A stretch of 62,926 nt of DNA, the filler included, from Basidiobolus meristosporus CBS 931.73 (Eukaryota > Fungi > Basidiobolomycota): NCBI GenBank assembly GCA_002104905.1. It is 3 parts of 3 records of this genome, joined end to end, with 100 filler letters (N's around TTAATTAATTAA, not from the genome) between each part and the next. Parts side by side here need not be neighbours in the genome. Positions count along the whole stretch, not along the records: positions 1 to 28,003 come from MCFE01000891.1; positions 28,104 to 48,398 come from MCFE01001008.1; 1 more part is not named here. One strand, written 5' to 3'. The notes beneath the pieces were generated by a model. It saw only the letters and a program-made list of their open reading frames with translations, was not told where the DNA came from and ran no database searches. How positions within the stretch are numbered: the first letter of the stretch is position 1; the number at the start of each line of letters is the position of its first letter. A program made the position numbers and the translations under genes. Below, one piece after another: positions 25,301 to 39,847 of this stretch.

Positions 25301-25639
25301 TTGAAAAGTAAAAGAATTGGTTGAGTGAGGAGGTAAAGAGTGTCAAAAAGAGGCAAACACCAAGCAATGCATGCAAATATAGGAGTTGTTTGAGTTTCCT
25401 GGATCAGGAAGTGAGCAAATTGGCAGAGAAACTATCAAAAGCCACTTATATATTGATGTGATGAAAAAATTTGACTAGGTTTCCTGTGAAATCCAGGATG
25501 CAATTGTTGTTCAATAATCTCTGCATGGTGCCCTGATGGGCTTAACACTTCTTAATCATGGCACTTAAGTTCTGTGACAGCCTTCTGAAAGGATCATCAC
25601 AATTATTTTTCATACGAGCTCTCTCCCACTGAGATAAGT

Positions 25640-26097
25640 GATATCTATATAACAGGTATAAAGGACTATGTTATCTTCTGGGTGGCTCCTAGTTTTATAC
25701 TGGTCAACTGTTGCCTGGCTGTATACTCAAATCTGGCTTGCAATCATCTGCTTCACTCTTTCTGTTTGGCTGGTAGTAGAATATTATTGAGTTAATTCTT
25801 CTAAATTTGTATATTACTTTCTCCCACTATTTAGAGACTTAAACAAGGTGATGGCTCATCTGGCAGCTCTGTATTTAGCTGCTGGTGCATTGAATTAGTA
25901 TGAAAACACTTGATGCAATAAGGCATTCTTCCAATGGGTTGCATAGGACATATCCATACTCCAGGTCCATATATATGCATTATATATCAGTAGGATTCTT
26001 ACAATTGAGGAATCCTGCTTTTGAGAGCTGTTTCCATTGCTGTACAGTCCAGAATGGCCGTTAATATCCCCAGTATTGGCATTTTCAGCCTTATATT
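25640..26097 (-). pseudogene. Possible heavily decayed Gypsy integrase fragment
   Basis: Reverse translation gives STTSQTERVKQMIASQI*VY, which resembles TDGQTERVNQ.....LR.Y. The rest is weak. Confidence 0.4.
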
Positions 26098-28003
26098 TGT
26101 TGCAATTTAAGAAGTGATTTGGATATAAGGAACTTATCAAGAAATAGTGATAATAGTTGAACTATTGTTTATTCATAAAGAAGCTCAGTATTTATACCTT
26201 TGTAGAAGTAATACAGCTGCAACACTAAGTAGGGAGGGTTTCTCAATATTCAGGAGCATTCTGTAACAGTTTCAGGGTTAGTACATAATGTTTGCTAATA
26301 GTGCTAATTTGATCCTGACTATAGGGGAAAAATCATAAGATCATATATCTGGAGAAAGTGGCAAAGTTAAGGCAGTAAATGAGTCCTACAGTGACTAAGA
26401 CTAGCCTAGAATTGTTAAGTAAATTTTTAGCTGCTGAATGATACCAAATAGTCCAATATTTTAACACTCCCCCTCAACTTAATAATTTCTTAATCCCAAT
26501 TTCTCTCTAAGGATCTCAAACTGTGGCCTAGCTAGTGGTTTTGTCAATATGTCTGCCACCATTTTGTCAGTTGGGCAGTAAACCAGCTCTACTAAGTTAT
26601 TTTCTACAGCTTCCCTCACAAAGTGATGCTGTATATCAATGTGCTTAGTTCTGGCATGATTAGTAGGATTTCTAGCTAATGAAATACAACTTTGATTATC
26701 CTTGTAAATACATGTTGGTTCACCTGAATTAAAACCTAAGTCTTTGAATAATTTTTGTAGCCATATAGCCTCCTTAGTTGCTTGGCATGCAGCCATATAT
26801 TTGGCTTCAGTTGTAGATAGTGCCACAGTTGGTTGTTTCTTGCAATCCCAAGTAATAGCTGCACCAGCATAAAGAAATACATGGCCTGTGGTAGAGCATC
26901 TGTCAATCAAATCCCTACCCCAATCTGAATCACTATAACCATCAAATTTTTGCCTATTAGCCGCTCCAGAGTATTCCAGTACCATATTTATGGTACCTTG
27001 TAGATATCTGAAAATCCGCTTAACTGCTGCAATTTGATCTGATCCATAATTCTGCATGAATTGACTGACTATTCTAACTGCTACTGCAATATCTGGACGT
27101 GTAGGCACCATCAAGTACATTAGGCTACCAACCATTCATTGATAGGGAAAGTTTTGGTCCATATTTGAACCGTTTTCATCTATAACTGGCTGAGATTTGC
27201 TTAATTTCAGGTTATTGTCCATAGGGGTTGCTGCAGGTTTGCAATTTTCCATTTTGAAGCGTCTAAGAATGTCCTTGATGTACTTAGACTGATTCAGCAC
27301 AATTTTCTGCGTAGGTATGTCAAATTTGACCTCAATTCCAAGAAAATAGCTCAATTTTCCAAGATCTTTCATCTCAAACTTGCTGAAGAGATCTGATTTT
27401 GTCTGTTTAAGTGCCTCTTGATCACTTGTAGCTATAATTAGGTTGTCCACATAAAGAACTAGGATGATCACACCCTTTTTGAGCTGTCTCACATATATAC
27501 TGTGATCTGCAGTGCTATGAGAGAACCCAATTTCCTCTAGATATGTGTCAATCTTGTTATACCATGCTCTAGGTGCCTGCTTAAGCCCATACAACAATTT
27601 TCTAAGTTTGCACACCTTATGGGGGCTTTTTGGATCGGTAAAACCTTCTGGTTGCTCCATATATATAGTTTCTTGCAAATCCCCATTTAGAAAGGCTGTT
27701 TTGACGTCCGTTTGGTGTAGATCTAGACTGTGTACAGCTGCTAGGGCTAGAACTGTCCTAATAGAGTTAAACTTGCCAACCGGAGCAAATGTTTCCTTAA
27801 AGTCTAGTCCCTGGATCTGGGAATAGCCTTTAGCTACCAATCTAGCCTTGTACTTATCAACGGCACCATTTGAGGTTATCTTGATCTTGTAGACCCATCT
27901 ACATCCTATTGGCTTTCTCCCATTTGGTAAATCTACCAGTTCCCATGTTTTTGCCTTGATCAGTGATTGGTACTCCTCCTGCATGGCTTGTTGCCACTTA
28001 GTA
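26098..28003 (-). mobile_element. Copia family B, 3' part (RT-RNase H + 3' LTR 26098-26466), truncated by gap
   Basis: ORFs 27136-27984 and 26479-27135 are in one frame, separated by one stop. Motifs KYKARLVAKG, LYVDN and YSDSDWG. PPT gagggggag and a 369-bp LTR are present. Confidence 0.93.
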
Positions 28004-28103
28004 NNNNNNNNNNNNNNNNNNNNNNNNNNNNNNNNNNNNNNNNNNNNTTAATTAATTAANNNNNNNNNNNNNNNNNNNNNNNNNNNNNNNNNNNNNNNNN
28101 NNN
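28004..28103. other. Scaffold gap with TTAATTAATTAA linker (assembly artefact)
   Basis: 44 N + ttaattaattaa + 44 N. The same structure occurs at 48399-48498. Confidence 0.95.
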
Positions 28104-28276
28104 TCTAGGTGCTTTGAGATTGATTAACACCATGTAAATATCTTCTCAGCCTACAAAACAAACCTGGGCTATATTGGTCAAAACACTCATTAAGCAGGTC
28201 TATATACAAATCCTCACCAAGCTCTCCATTTGAAAATGCAGCTTTGAAATCTATATGATGCATAAAAAGTTATATT

Positions 28277-31200
28277 TGTTGTAAAAATTTGTATTTCCAC
28301 CTAAATATTCACCTAGCTTATTCACTTAGATCATCACCTTCAAATCCTAGAGAATACTGACCAAATTCCTTGTCGGGATTTACTTAGAATATTTTCACCA
28401 AAATACCAGGTACCCAGAACATGAAAATTTGATAAGTTGTCCAAATAGCCCCAAACTTTGCACACATGTTCTTGAGACCTTCCTTAGCCTATTCTACGCG
28501 TTTGTAATGCCAAGATCAGGTAAAAGTATAAATACTACTTTTACATTCAATAAATCATTAAGTGAAAACCACATAATCTACTTGTTCTCCCAAATCACTT
28601 CCAATATCTCCAAGACTCTTACAACAGGTTATGAGCCCTGAGCTGTCACTCTCTGCAATGTCTACTTCTACTACTGCTATTACTGGAATTTTTCCCTCTG
28701 CTGAAAAGTTGGATGGATCTAACTACCAAGTGTGGAAGGTGAAGATGAAGATGCTGCCACAAGAAAGAGGCCTTTGGGATATTGTCATGGGAGAAGAATG
28801 CCCTCCTAAAAACGTGGGAGAGGAAGCCTTAAAGTACCAGAAGAAAGAACAAAGTACCTTTAACTGCATTTGCCTTAATGTCAAGGACAAATTGCTAATT
28901 CAATGCTCAAGAGCAAAAACAGCAAGGAATGCCTGGAAAGCATTAGAAGACACCTACCAGTCATGTTCAGCTGCCAAGAAAATGTATCTGAGACAAAAAT
29001 TCTTTACTACAAAGATGCTGCCAGGAGAAGAAATGAAAAATCTAATTAACAGAATTACTCTGCTGGTAGATGAGATGGAATCAGTGGGTGTACCAACTAC
29101 TGATGAGGATGTGATAGTTACCATCCTGAATAGCCTGACAGACAAGTTTCAGGGCCTTGTATCAGCCATAGAGTCCAGAACTGAAGATTTGACCTTAAAT
29201 TATGTATATGGAAGGCTCCTGGATGAAGAATTAAGAAAATCAAGTGCCAATAAGAAGGAAGAAGAAAATGCTTTAATAAGCAATGCTAACCAACAAAGGA
29301 GGTACCCAAGACCCTACAAAGGCAACAGCAACCTGTTTTGTAACTACTGCAAAAGGAAAGGACACACATCAGACCGGTGTCTCAAAAAGAAAGATAATCA
29401 GCAAAAGAAGCCTGAATATGGATATGCTGCAACAACTGAAGATAGACTATTCATATCTGCACTGAATATGACCACAAACAAGGATTCTCAGATGTGGTAT
29501 ATTGACTCTGGGGCTTCACAACACTTTACACACCAAAAAGAACTTTTTACCCAATATTAAGAAATTCCAATTAAGAAGGTTTTCATGGGTGACAATAGAA
29601 CACTTGATGCAGTGGGAGAAGGAACTATTCAAGTAAACCTTAGAAGCAGTGAAGGAAGCCATACACTGACCTTTAAAGAAGTACTCTATGTACCAGAAAT
29701 AGCCAAGAACCTACTCTCTGTAAGCAAGGCCACAGCAGAAGGACTCAGTTTCAGTTTTGACAATTCTGGATGCAGGATCACTGATCAAAATGGTGCCCAT
29801 ATTGCTTCAGGCATCAGAGGTCAGAATCTATACAAGTTGACTTATACTCCATCATATTTGGAAGCCAATATAAGTAACTTAAATGAAGAAACACCAATGC
29901 TTTGGCACAGGAGATTTGGGCACATCAATTTTGATTATTTGCGCAAAATGCTCAAAGATCAGCTAATTTCTGGAGTGATAATTGATCCCCCAGCTAATTT
30001 CAAGCACCGTGAAGCCTGCATATATGGGAAACAAGCCAGACAACCGTTCAAGAGCTCTGGGTTAATCAAAACTAAGAAAAAATTAGATCTAATTCACTCA
30101 GATCTGTGTGGACCTATGCAAAATTTATCCTTAGGCGGGATGAAGTATTTAATCACTTTTATTGATGATTATACAAGATACACATGGGTCTACTTCATGG
30201 AGAGAAAGGAAGAAGCTCTGTCTAAGCTCAGGGAGTTTAAAGCCATGGTGGAGAGAGAAACTGGTGAAAAAATCAAGAAAATACACTCTGACAATGGTGG
30301 AGAATATACCTCAAAACTCTTCATCCACTTCTGCAAAATTCATGGGATAAAGCAAGAGACTACTGTATCATACTCCCCACAGCAAAATGGAGTAGCAGAA
30401 CAAGCTAACAGATCAATAACTGATATGGCAAGATCTATGATCCATGATCAAAAATTATCCTATGATTTTTGGGTGGAATCAGTTGCCACTGCTGTATATC
30501 TTAAGAATAGGAGTTATAACAGAATACTTCATGATTCTACTCCATTTGAAGCATGGTATGGATACAGACCAAGTGCAGAACATCTAAGAATATTTGGGTG
30601 TACAGCATATGCCAAAAAACTGGCCGGAAATCAGTCAAAATTTGAGCCAAAAAGTGTAAAATGCATATTTTGGGCTACTGCAATGAGAGTAAGGCATACA
30701 GACTCTACAATACCAAAGCAAAGAAGCTGATCTAGTCCAGGGATGTGTTGTTAGATGACAATTCAAAATTTTCACAAAAAATAACATCAGATGTTGACAA
30801 AAATTTGATCTCAAGTCCACCAATTGTCAGGATTGAATCAGAGCAAAACAATGAAAATTTTTTCACTCCAGAGGACTCTACAACCATGGTTCAGCCAGAA
30901 TTGGTGCCCAGGAATATCCCAGAAGTGATCATTCCAGTATTAAATGCCCGGAGATCCAATTGGACAAGAAATAGCCCAAATTACTATATCAATGAGGGTA
31001 CAAACTTAGCCTATGCCTATTCAGTCCATATTGATGAGCCCCGGACTGTAAAAGAGGCCCTAAATAGCCCTCAGACAAAGTTTTGGAGATCTGCAATGAC
31101 TGAGGAATATCAGGCCCTAATGAAAAATCAAACTTGGGACTTAGTCAAATTACCAATCAACCAAAAATCAATTGGATGCAGATGGGTCTTCAAGACAAAA

Positions 31201-32967
31201 TACAAGGCTGATGGTACAATTGAAAGATACAAAGCAAGACTTGTAGCCAAAGGATACTCTCAAACAAAAGTACTTGACTATACTGAGAACTTTGCACCGG
31301 TAGCCAAGTTTAATTCCATCAGATTAATATTGGCTATTGCAGCCAATTATAAGTTTTTTATTCATCAAATGGATGTAAAAACTGCATTTTTGAATGGAGA
31401 ACTTGATGAGGACGTGTATATGGACCAGCCTGATGGGTTTGTTGACCAAGATAACCCCCATTTGGACTGCAAGCTTAAAAAGTCACTATATGGTCTCAAA
31501 CAATCACCAAGAGCCTGGAATTGCAAGATATATTCATATTTGGAATCTTTGAGTTTCAAAAGGAGTAATGCTGACTATAGTATATATTATAAGCCAGATA
31601 GAGCAAATCCAGTTCTATTAGCTCTATATGTGGATGATCTTATTATAGCCACCAATAACCTAGAAACATTGAAAGAGACAAAATCCAGCCTATCTAAGGA
31701 GTTCAAGATGTCTGATCTAGGAGAACTTAGTTACTACTTAGGGATTAAGTTCTCCATCGACAGAAGTACCCAGACTATTACCCTAAGCCAATCCAAGTAT
31801 ATTCAAGATATACTAAAGAAGTACAAAATGGAAGACTGTAAACTGGCAGCTACCCCAATGGAGACAAACCTTTACTTGGTCAAAACTCAACCAAATCAAG
31901 CGAGCTTGGTGCCATCTGAAAGCCCTGACTTTCCTTATCAATCTATGGTTGGCAGTCTGATGTATATCATGCTTGGAACACATCCAGATATCTCATATTC
32001 AGTGGGGGTTGTAAGCCAACATAATCAGAACTATGGATCTGATCATATTGCAGCAGTTAAGCAGATCTTTAGATACCTAAAAGGAACTGCTGATATCTGC
32101 TTAAGATACACTTATAAGAATTCAGAAAAGGATCTTGTGGGATACTCTGATGCTGATTGGGGGCAAAATTTAGAAGACAGAAGATCCACCACAGGATACA
32201 CCTTTCTTTACTGTAAAGGAGCAATATCATGGAATTCAAGAAAGCAACCAACCGTAGCACTTTCCACCACAGAGGCAGAGTATATGGCAGCCTGTGAAGA
32301 TACAAAAGAAGCAATGTGGTTAAGAAAGCTGTTTACAGATTTAGGCCTATGTCAAAAAACACCTATTACTTTGTTTCAAGATAATAAAGGATGTATACAA
32401 TTAGGTAGAAATCCAACTTTTCATGCTAGAACCAAGCACATAGATATTAGACATCATTTCATACGTGAAACTATAGAGAATAACTTAGTTAGCTTAGTAT
32501 ACTGTCCTACAGATGAAATGATTGCAGACATATTTACCAAACCATTAGCTAGAGACAAGTTTCAATATCTTAGGTCAAAATTAGGACTAGTCAGTATGAA
32601 CATTTAGCTGAGTGGGAGTGTTGTAAAAGTTTGTATTTCCACCTAAATATTCACCCAACTTAGTCACTTAGATCATCACCTTCAAATCCTAGAGAATACT
32701 GACCAAATTCCTTGTTGGGATTTACTTAGAATATTTTTACCAAAATTCCAGGTACCCAGAACATGAAAATTCTCAAAGTTGTCCAAACAGCCCCAAACTT
32801 TGCACACATGTTCTTGGGACCTTCCTTAGCCTATTCTGCATGTTTGTAATGCCAAGATCAGGTAAAGTATAAATACTACTTTTACATTCAATAAATCATT
32901 AAGTGAAAACCACATAATCTACTTGTTCTCCCAAATCACTTCCAATATCTCCAAGACTCTTACAACA
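28277..32967 (+). mobile_element. Ty1/Copia element (copy 2), decayed
   Basis: LTRs at 28277-28626 and 32619-32967 (about 5% different by eye). TSD atatt/atatc, PBS and PPT present. gag-pol is broken into ORFs 28631-29560, 29585-30730 and 30745-32607. Confidence 0.96.
28631..32607 (+). pseudogene. gag-pol: Copia gag-pol with a nonsense codon and a 1-bp deletion
   Basis: CAA>TAA at 29558. tattttggg replaces tatttttggg near 30670. All domains are recognisable. Confidence 0.93.
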
Positions 32968-33838
32968 ATATCTGGCTGCTACAGCCAATATTATTTTGAC
33001 AGAGTCAAGCTTGGCTACTGCTGTAAAGATCACAGTATTGTCACATCATTTCCTTTAAGAATATTTGTTGGCCATCCATCTTGCTTTATATCTTTCAATT
33101 GTACCATCATCCTTTTCTTTTGTGTGGAAAACCTATCTGTATCCAATTGATTTTTGGTTCATTGGTAACTTGACCAAGTCCCAGGTTGGACTTTCCATCA
33201 GGGTATGATACTCCTCAGTCTCTACAGATCTACAGAACTTTATATGAGGGCTATTTAGGACCTCCTTTACAGTCTGGGGCTTATCAACAAGGACTGAATA
33301 GGCATAGGCTAAGTTGGTACCCTCATTGAAATAGAATTTGAGCTTTGTCTGGTGCAGTTGGATCTCCAGGTTTGCAATACTTAAATAATCACTTCTGGCA
33401 TATTTCTGGGCACTGATTCAAGCTGATCCATGGATATTGAGCTCTCTGGAGTGAAAAGATTTCATTGCTTTGTTCTTATTCAATCCAAACTATTTGTAGA
33501 CTTGTGATCAGAATTTTATCACTGTTTGCTATCACTTTTTGCAAGAAATTTAAATTCTCATCAAGTGCCATATACCTGGTCTTGAGCAGCCTCTTTGCCT
33601 TGGTATTGTAGAGTCTGTATATCTTACTCTTGTTTTAGTAGTCCAAAGATATACATTTTACACCTTTTGGCTCATATTTGACTGACTTCCAGGCAGTTTC
33701 TTGGCATATGCTGTGCACCCAGATATTCCTAAATGTTTGGCACTTGGTCTATGTCCGTACCATGCCTCCTGTGAAGTAGCATCACAAAGCATTCTGCAAT
33801 AATATTTATTTGCAAGGTTTATTGCTGTAACAACTGTT

Positions 33839-34049
33839 AGACTTGTTCCATTGTGCCATTGATCATAGTGCCAGAAAGTGCTGTATATTTTGTTATTAAT
33901 TTGATATTTTAGGGTCATATGCATGTCAATTTTGATCTCAAATTGGCACTGTATGGCACCCTCTGGCACTCTGTGGCATGATCAGGCACCATCTGGCATG
34001 CTATGGCACTATTGGGCACTATGATCAGCTGGAATGATGGAACAAGTCT
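33839..34049. mobile_element. 211-bp MITE of the Harbinger/ISL2EU-like family
   Basis: Ends agacttgttcca and tggaacaagtct match the TIR of 37500-40915. Flanks are gtt/att. It has internal tggcac repeats and is an inverted homologue of 54303-54513. Confidence 0.92.
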
Positions 34050-34090
34050 ATTATACCCAAAAATTATAAGATAATTTTTGATTGTGGATC

Positions 34091-35186
34091 TGTGGTAATG
34101 GAAAGTATTCCATTACTGCAATATCTCAAAACCAATATTGCACTCATTTCTTTATTTTTCTTTTTGCTATTGTAACACACAAGTCAAAGGTCAAGAAATT
34201 CCAACTTTGAAGAACAAGTACTCCAGACCCTGACAAGCAATCCACCCAAGAATATTATGTCATACAGAACACACAGTAGCCAACATATGTCTCAAATTAC
34301 AGCTCATTTGAAGCAGTACTTAAGGAGTTATTACCAAAAGAGTCCAATTATTATATATACTAGGCCACTATTGCTAGGATTACTATGGTGACTTTGATCA
34401 CATGTAGCTTTTGAACCGGCCAATCAAATCACGTGAAGTTTCACAGGTGCTGCGCCTATGTCCAATCTGTACCACTGCAAAATTTTAGCTTTGTATCATG
34501 TGTATTGCTTGCGCAATCACCCAAAAACTTTGATCCTTCAGAAATATCATATATATGGCTTTGCCAGCTGAAAAATAAAAGGGAGCCTCTCTTTCCAGAA
34601 TCTTGACACTACAATCACAAGTTTAAAGGTTATAAGACTTCCCCTGCATCACTTGCACTGTTGAGTATTCTGACTTTAATTGGTACTACATCAGTAAAGA
34701 AACTGCAAAGCTCACAAGAATCCAATCTAAGTTCTACAAGAAACTACCACTTTTCTGTCAGAAAAGTCCCCTCTAAGAAACCCCTTTACTCTAAAGACAC
34801 CCCTTTAGACACCCATTTAGGTCTAAAGGCCCCTTTAGAGACTTCTACAACACACCACTTTATGTTAAAGGGGAGGTCAGAATTTCCATATTAGGAAATA
34901 TTTTCTCAGAAAGGAAAGTGACTTCCAAATAAGGGAAAGTTACTATAAAAGTAAATAAACCCATTAGTCAACAGAAGGTCAGAAAACTGCTGTAGAAGTG
35001 AGAAACACTGCCTAGAGTATATTTTGAGCCTAAGATTGAGGATATTAGTGAAAGTTATATCTTCTATTAGTATATCAAACTCCCAATAAGCTATTTCAGT
35101 ATTAGCATACTGAAAGTTGCTGTATATTGTTGATTAGCCTCTACATTGTAGAACAAGCCCCAAACTAATCAAAATACAACACAACA
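34091..35186. mobile_element. Solo LTR (1096 bp) with 4-bp TSD GATC
   Basis: Termini are tgtggt and acaaca. gatc occurs at 34087-34090 and 35187-35190. Removal restores the Copia integrase sequence atggatcatag. Confidence 0.8.
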
Positions 35187-38100
35187 GATCATAGAGCTAG
35201 CCATATCAATTAGTGATATGTTTACATGTTGTGTTGCTACATTTCATTGTGGAGAGTAAGATACAGCAGTCTTTTGGATTATTACATGAATTTGGCAGAT
35301 GTGGATGAAGAGCCATGAGGTGTATTCTTCACCATTGTCAGGGCATATTTTCTTGATTTTCTCACTGGTCTCTCTCTTCACAACAGCTTAACACTCTCTG
35401 AGCTAAGACAAGGCTGCTTCCTTTCTTTTCATGAGGTAGACCCACGTGTATGTTGCATTATCATCAATAAAAGTTATTAATTACTTCATCCCACTTATAT
35501 ATAAATTTTGCTCAAGTATGTGCAAATTTGAGTGAACTGGACCTAGTTTTGTCTTGGATTTGATTAACCAAGTGCTCTGGAACAACTGTCTGGCTTATCT
35601 CCTATGTATGCAGACTTGAAGTGCTCCAAATCAACTGGGGGATGAATTTTCACTCCAAAAATTAGCTGATCTTCAATCAGTTTATGCAAATAACCAACAT
35701 CAATGTGTCTAAATCTCCTGTGCCAAAGCATGGGTGCTTCTTCATTTAGGCTGCTCATATTAGCTTCCAGATAAGAAGCAATATAAGTCAACATGTATAG
35801 ATTCTGATCCCTGATACCCAAACAAATGGGCACCTTTTTGATCAGTGATTCTACAACCAAAATTGTCAAAGCTGGAACTGAGTCCTTCTATTGTGGCCTT
35901 GCTTACTGATAGCTGGATCTTAGCTATTTCTGGTGCATAGAGTACTTCTTTGAAGGTAGGTGTATAGCTTCTCTCACTGCTTTTAGGGCTTTCTTAGATG
36001 GTTCCTTTTCCAGCTGCATCAAGTGCCTGATTGTCACCCATGAAAACCCTCTTAATTAAAACTGTTGTATGATTCTTGGAGTTATTGGAAGTGATTGGGA
36101 GAGCAAGTAGATTATGTGGTATTCACCTAATGATTTATTGAACGTAAAAGTAGTATTTATACTTTTACCTGGTCTTGGCTTTACAAACACAAGGAATAGG
36201 CTAAAGAAGGTCCCAAGAACATGTGTGCAAAGTTTGGGGCTGTTTGGACAACTTTGAGAATTTTCATGTTCTGGGTACCTGGTATTTTGGTGAAAATATT
36301 CTAAGTAAGTGCCAACAAGGAATTTGGTCAGTATTCTCTAGGATATGAAGGTAATGATCTAAGTGACTAAGTTAGCTGAATATTTAGGTGGAAATACGAA
36401 TTTTTACAACACTCCCACTCAGCTAAATGTTCACACTGACTAGTCCTAATTTTGACCTAAGATATTCAAACTTGTCTCTAGCTAATGGTTTGGTAAATAT
36501 GTCTGCAATCATTTCATCTGTAGGGCAGTAAACTAAGCTAACTAAGTTATTCTCTATAGCTTCATGTATGAAATGATGTCTAATATCTATGTGCTTGGTT
36601 CTAGCATGAATAGTTGGATTTCTACCTAATTGTATACATCCTTTATTATCTTGAAATAAAGTAATAGGTGTTTTTTGACATAGGCCTAAATCTGTAAAAA
36701 GCTTTCTTAACCACATTACTTCTTTTGTAGCTTCACAGGCTGCCATGTACTCTGCCTCTGTGGTAGAAAGTGCTATGGTTGGTTGCTTTCTTTAAAAAAA
36801 TGAAATTGCTCCTTTATAGTAAAGAAAGGTGTATCCTGTGGTGGATCTTCTGTCTTCCAAATTTGGTCCCAATCAGCATCAGAGTATCCCACAAGATCCT
36901 GTTCTGAATTCTTATAAGTGTATATTAAGCAGATATCAGCAGTTCCTTTTAGGTATCTAAAAATCTGCTTAACTGCTGCAATATGATCAGATCCATAGTT
37001 CTGATTAAGTTGGTTGACAACTCCCACTGAATATGAGATATCTGGATGTGTTCCAAGCATGATATACATCAGACTGCCAACCATAGATTGATAAGGAAAG
37101 TCAGGGCTTTCAGATGGCACCAAGCTCTCTTGATTTGGTGGAGTTTTGACCAAGTAAAGGTTTGTCTCCATTGGGGTAGCTGCCAGTTTACAGTCTTCCA
37201 TTTTGTACTTCTTTAGTATTTCTTGAATATACTTGGATTGGCTTAGAGTAATAGTCTGGGTACTTCTGTCTATGGAGAACTTAGTCCCTAAGTAGTAACT
37301 GAGTTCTCCTAGATTGGACATCTTGAGCTCCTTAGATAGGCTGGATTTTGTCTCTTCCAATGTTTCTAGGTTATTGGCAGCTATAATAAGATCATCCACA
37401 TATAGAGCTAATAGAACTGGATTTGCTCTATCTGGCTTATAATATATACTATAGTCAGCATTACTCCTTTTGAAACTCAAAGATTCCAAATAAGAATCTA
37501 GACTTGTTCCATTGTACTGTGCCAGGGCGCGCGGCGCAATCCGCGGTTGCAAAGAACAATTGGGCGCAATATTTTAGCTACCAGAAGCAGGATTGTTCTT
37601 GGATAATTTTGCACTATGCGGGACAATCTTGCATACTATGGCACAATCTGACACAATGAGGTTGGCACAGATGATTGCGCCAACTTGTATTGTTTGCATC
37701 ACGTGCGCAATTGGATACCGCTATTATGGCAGGTAAAATCCGGTATTTGGATATGTTTCTTTAATGTAAATGGAAATAAATGTGTATCACACTATAAACT
37801 ACATTGATACTTACCATTTTGGTTACCCTCACTCCAATTGGACAGTATCTCAGTGGTTAATTGGTCCAAAAGTATCCTGAAGCTGGCAGCCCCCAGTTGG
37901 CTCATTGACTACTGAAAAAGCTAACTGATTTGCCATCAAATATCCCATTTTGCCCATTGAGCAAGTAAATCCCTGATCCTAGTGATTGGACAAGGTGTCA
38001 TAGCTAAAACGCAAGCAATTGTGTAGGTACAAAACAGATCCAATAGCTGCACTGGTATTACAGATGATGTATATATATTCAGGGTGTTCATTTATAGGGG

Positions 38101-38241
38101 TTCTGTCTCAAATGTGAGACAACCTTGATATTACTTATATCAAAAATTCAATGATCACTGATTTGCAATGGCTTGATTGAGATTGCAAAAAAAAAGGGTT
38201 GTTGGGATCATTACAAATGTGAGCAATTCAAAGCAATCGCA

Positions 38242-39489
38242 TCATCTTCTCCTGGGTTTTTTTCTCACAGGGATTACTGCTGAAGCATTTGGTAGTGACT
38301 CACTTTGCACACCAATACTACTTCCTGGCTGACTATCATCTTGGCTACTTGTGTATTTGTAGTCAGTATTTTGCCTCCTAGTTGATGAGTGCGATGCTGC
38401 AGCTTGGCCGCACTGAATTGCTCCAACTGAGCCAACTGAACCAGCCTGTAGTGCCACGTGCTGACGCGTTCTTTTACTTGCCAAGTGCTCTGGTGGTTGA
38501 GGCACTTCATGTTGGTTATCATCAGTCAGTTCACCAGAAGTAACTTGCTGATGGTCAGGCAAAACGGCACAAGCAGGCACACCTTGACATGTTGAGATGG
38601 CCCTTGGCTGAGTTTGATGTGATGCTGCATGTTGACGCAACTTGGTCTGCTCCAATGGACTTGTGTCTAAATGAGCGGTTTGGTGAGTTCTTGTAGTTTT
38701 GCTCTGAAGCACGCGCATTGACCCAACGCGCGTTGACTTGAGGCGGGGCGTTCTGGTAAAGGGTGTTGGCGTGGTCTGGACTGACATGCGCCGGCGTGCT
38801 GTGGTTGCAAGGGATGGTAGGGAATCCAGCAAGGCGTGCTGGCGCAATCTGGACAATGTTGCTTGCAGTCTGTATTCATCCTCCTGAAGCTCACCATCTG
38901 ATTTCTCAAGGTATTCACTTACCCTCTGTCTGATACTTTGGAGCTGTTGCCTGGATGAGTCCTGTGTATATTGCTCTTGGAAGCCACTTAGCTCTACTAA
39001 TATATCACGTAGTACATTAGTCATTTGAGGCAAAAACTCATTCAAAATCTCTTTGGTTCCCAAAGTTGATGCACAAACGGACGTGTCCGGCCCGTACTGT
39101 GCAAATTGTGCGCAAAATTGTTCTTGCACGGCTTCTTTGTCAAATCCCCTCACTCTCAGCTCATTCTTGATTTCAATACTTGTCTTATTTTATATCTTTT
39201 TACATACATTGGCTGGCATCTTGCTGTAGAACTCATGCCACAGCTTTCTACTCAAATTCTTCAATCTTTGTTGACTCTCTGAGGTATCTAGTTCTGCTAG
39301 ATTAAGCAGTAGTGCCCAAATATCTGTATGAAGGCTCATCATAGACACTTGGGCCATACTAAAATCATTTGGCAAGAACTTGAACGGATCCAACATTGAT
39401 TTTTCCGGTCCGGACCACGCTTGTGGGCTGGGGGATGGGTTTTGTCTGGGTTGTACTAAAGATGAGTTGAGGCTTGGTATGGGGACCAT
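38242..39489 (-). pseudogene. Transposon partner ORF (unknown protein, C-terminal KKPRRR NLS-like), one premature stop
   Basis: ORFs 39190-39489 and 38242-39153 are in frame across TAA at 39190-39192, where the homologous codon in the 1-500 copy is TAT. The true start is uncertain. Confidence 0.7.
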
Positions 39490-39847
39490 AGCAACAGATT
39501 TGGATACTTATACAGCAGTATATTGGCATCAACCTGGTCTTATATGAAATATATATGAAAACTAATGTGATTGTTGAATTTTCCATATATTATGCATGAT
39601 GCATCTCGGATTGCGTTGACACGGATCAGATCACATCAATTGCAGATTTCCTATTTGATTTTAGACCTATGATTAAAGCATCAATAAAGTACTAAGGAAT
39701 TGTTTGCGGATGATTTTTGCGACATAATGATGGGATACATGGCAATTGATGGAGATTTAACCATAATGTATTAAAAATCAGATAAATAACGCAGATTGCA
39801 CTGAATTGATTCAAACCACCTCCATACAATCATCCATCAATTTTAAT

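Larger units (their letters stand above)
8070..25617 (-). mobile_element. Old CACTA-superfamily element hosting a Copia solo LTR and the Gypsy/Copia nest
   Basis: Transposase lies on minus (8070-11162, continuing 23033-23130 across the Gypsy insertion). ORF2 lies on plus (23332-25300). A decayed terminus tttttcatacga is near 25617. The left end was not identified. Confidence 0.7.

Noticed and set aside
28048-28059. Palindromic TTAATTAATTAA inside N runs (also 48443-48454)
   Set aside because: It sits centred in identical 100-bp gaps and gives stops in all six frames, so it is an assembly linker, not biology. Adjacency across these gaps is unverified.
33940-34030. Short regularly spaced repeats resembling a CRISPR array
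   Set aside because: These are 6-10-bp motifs with no unique spacers, inside a TIR-bounded MITE in eukaryotic DNA.
37770-38230. Possible third ORF or exon in the DDE transposon (minus strand)
   Set aside because: Only about 45 open codons occur before stops, with no recognisable motif and no second copy here for comparison.
39487-39489. ATG as true start of the partner ORF
   Set aside because: The homologous codon in copy 1 is ACA. ATG and ACA are the two CpG-decay products of ACG, so the real start is probably upstream or spliced.
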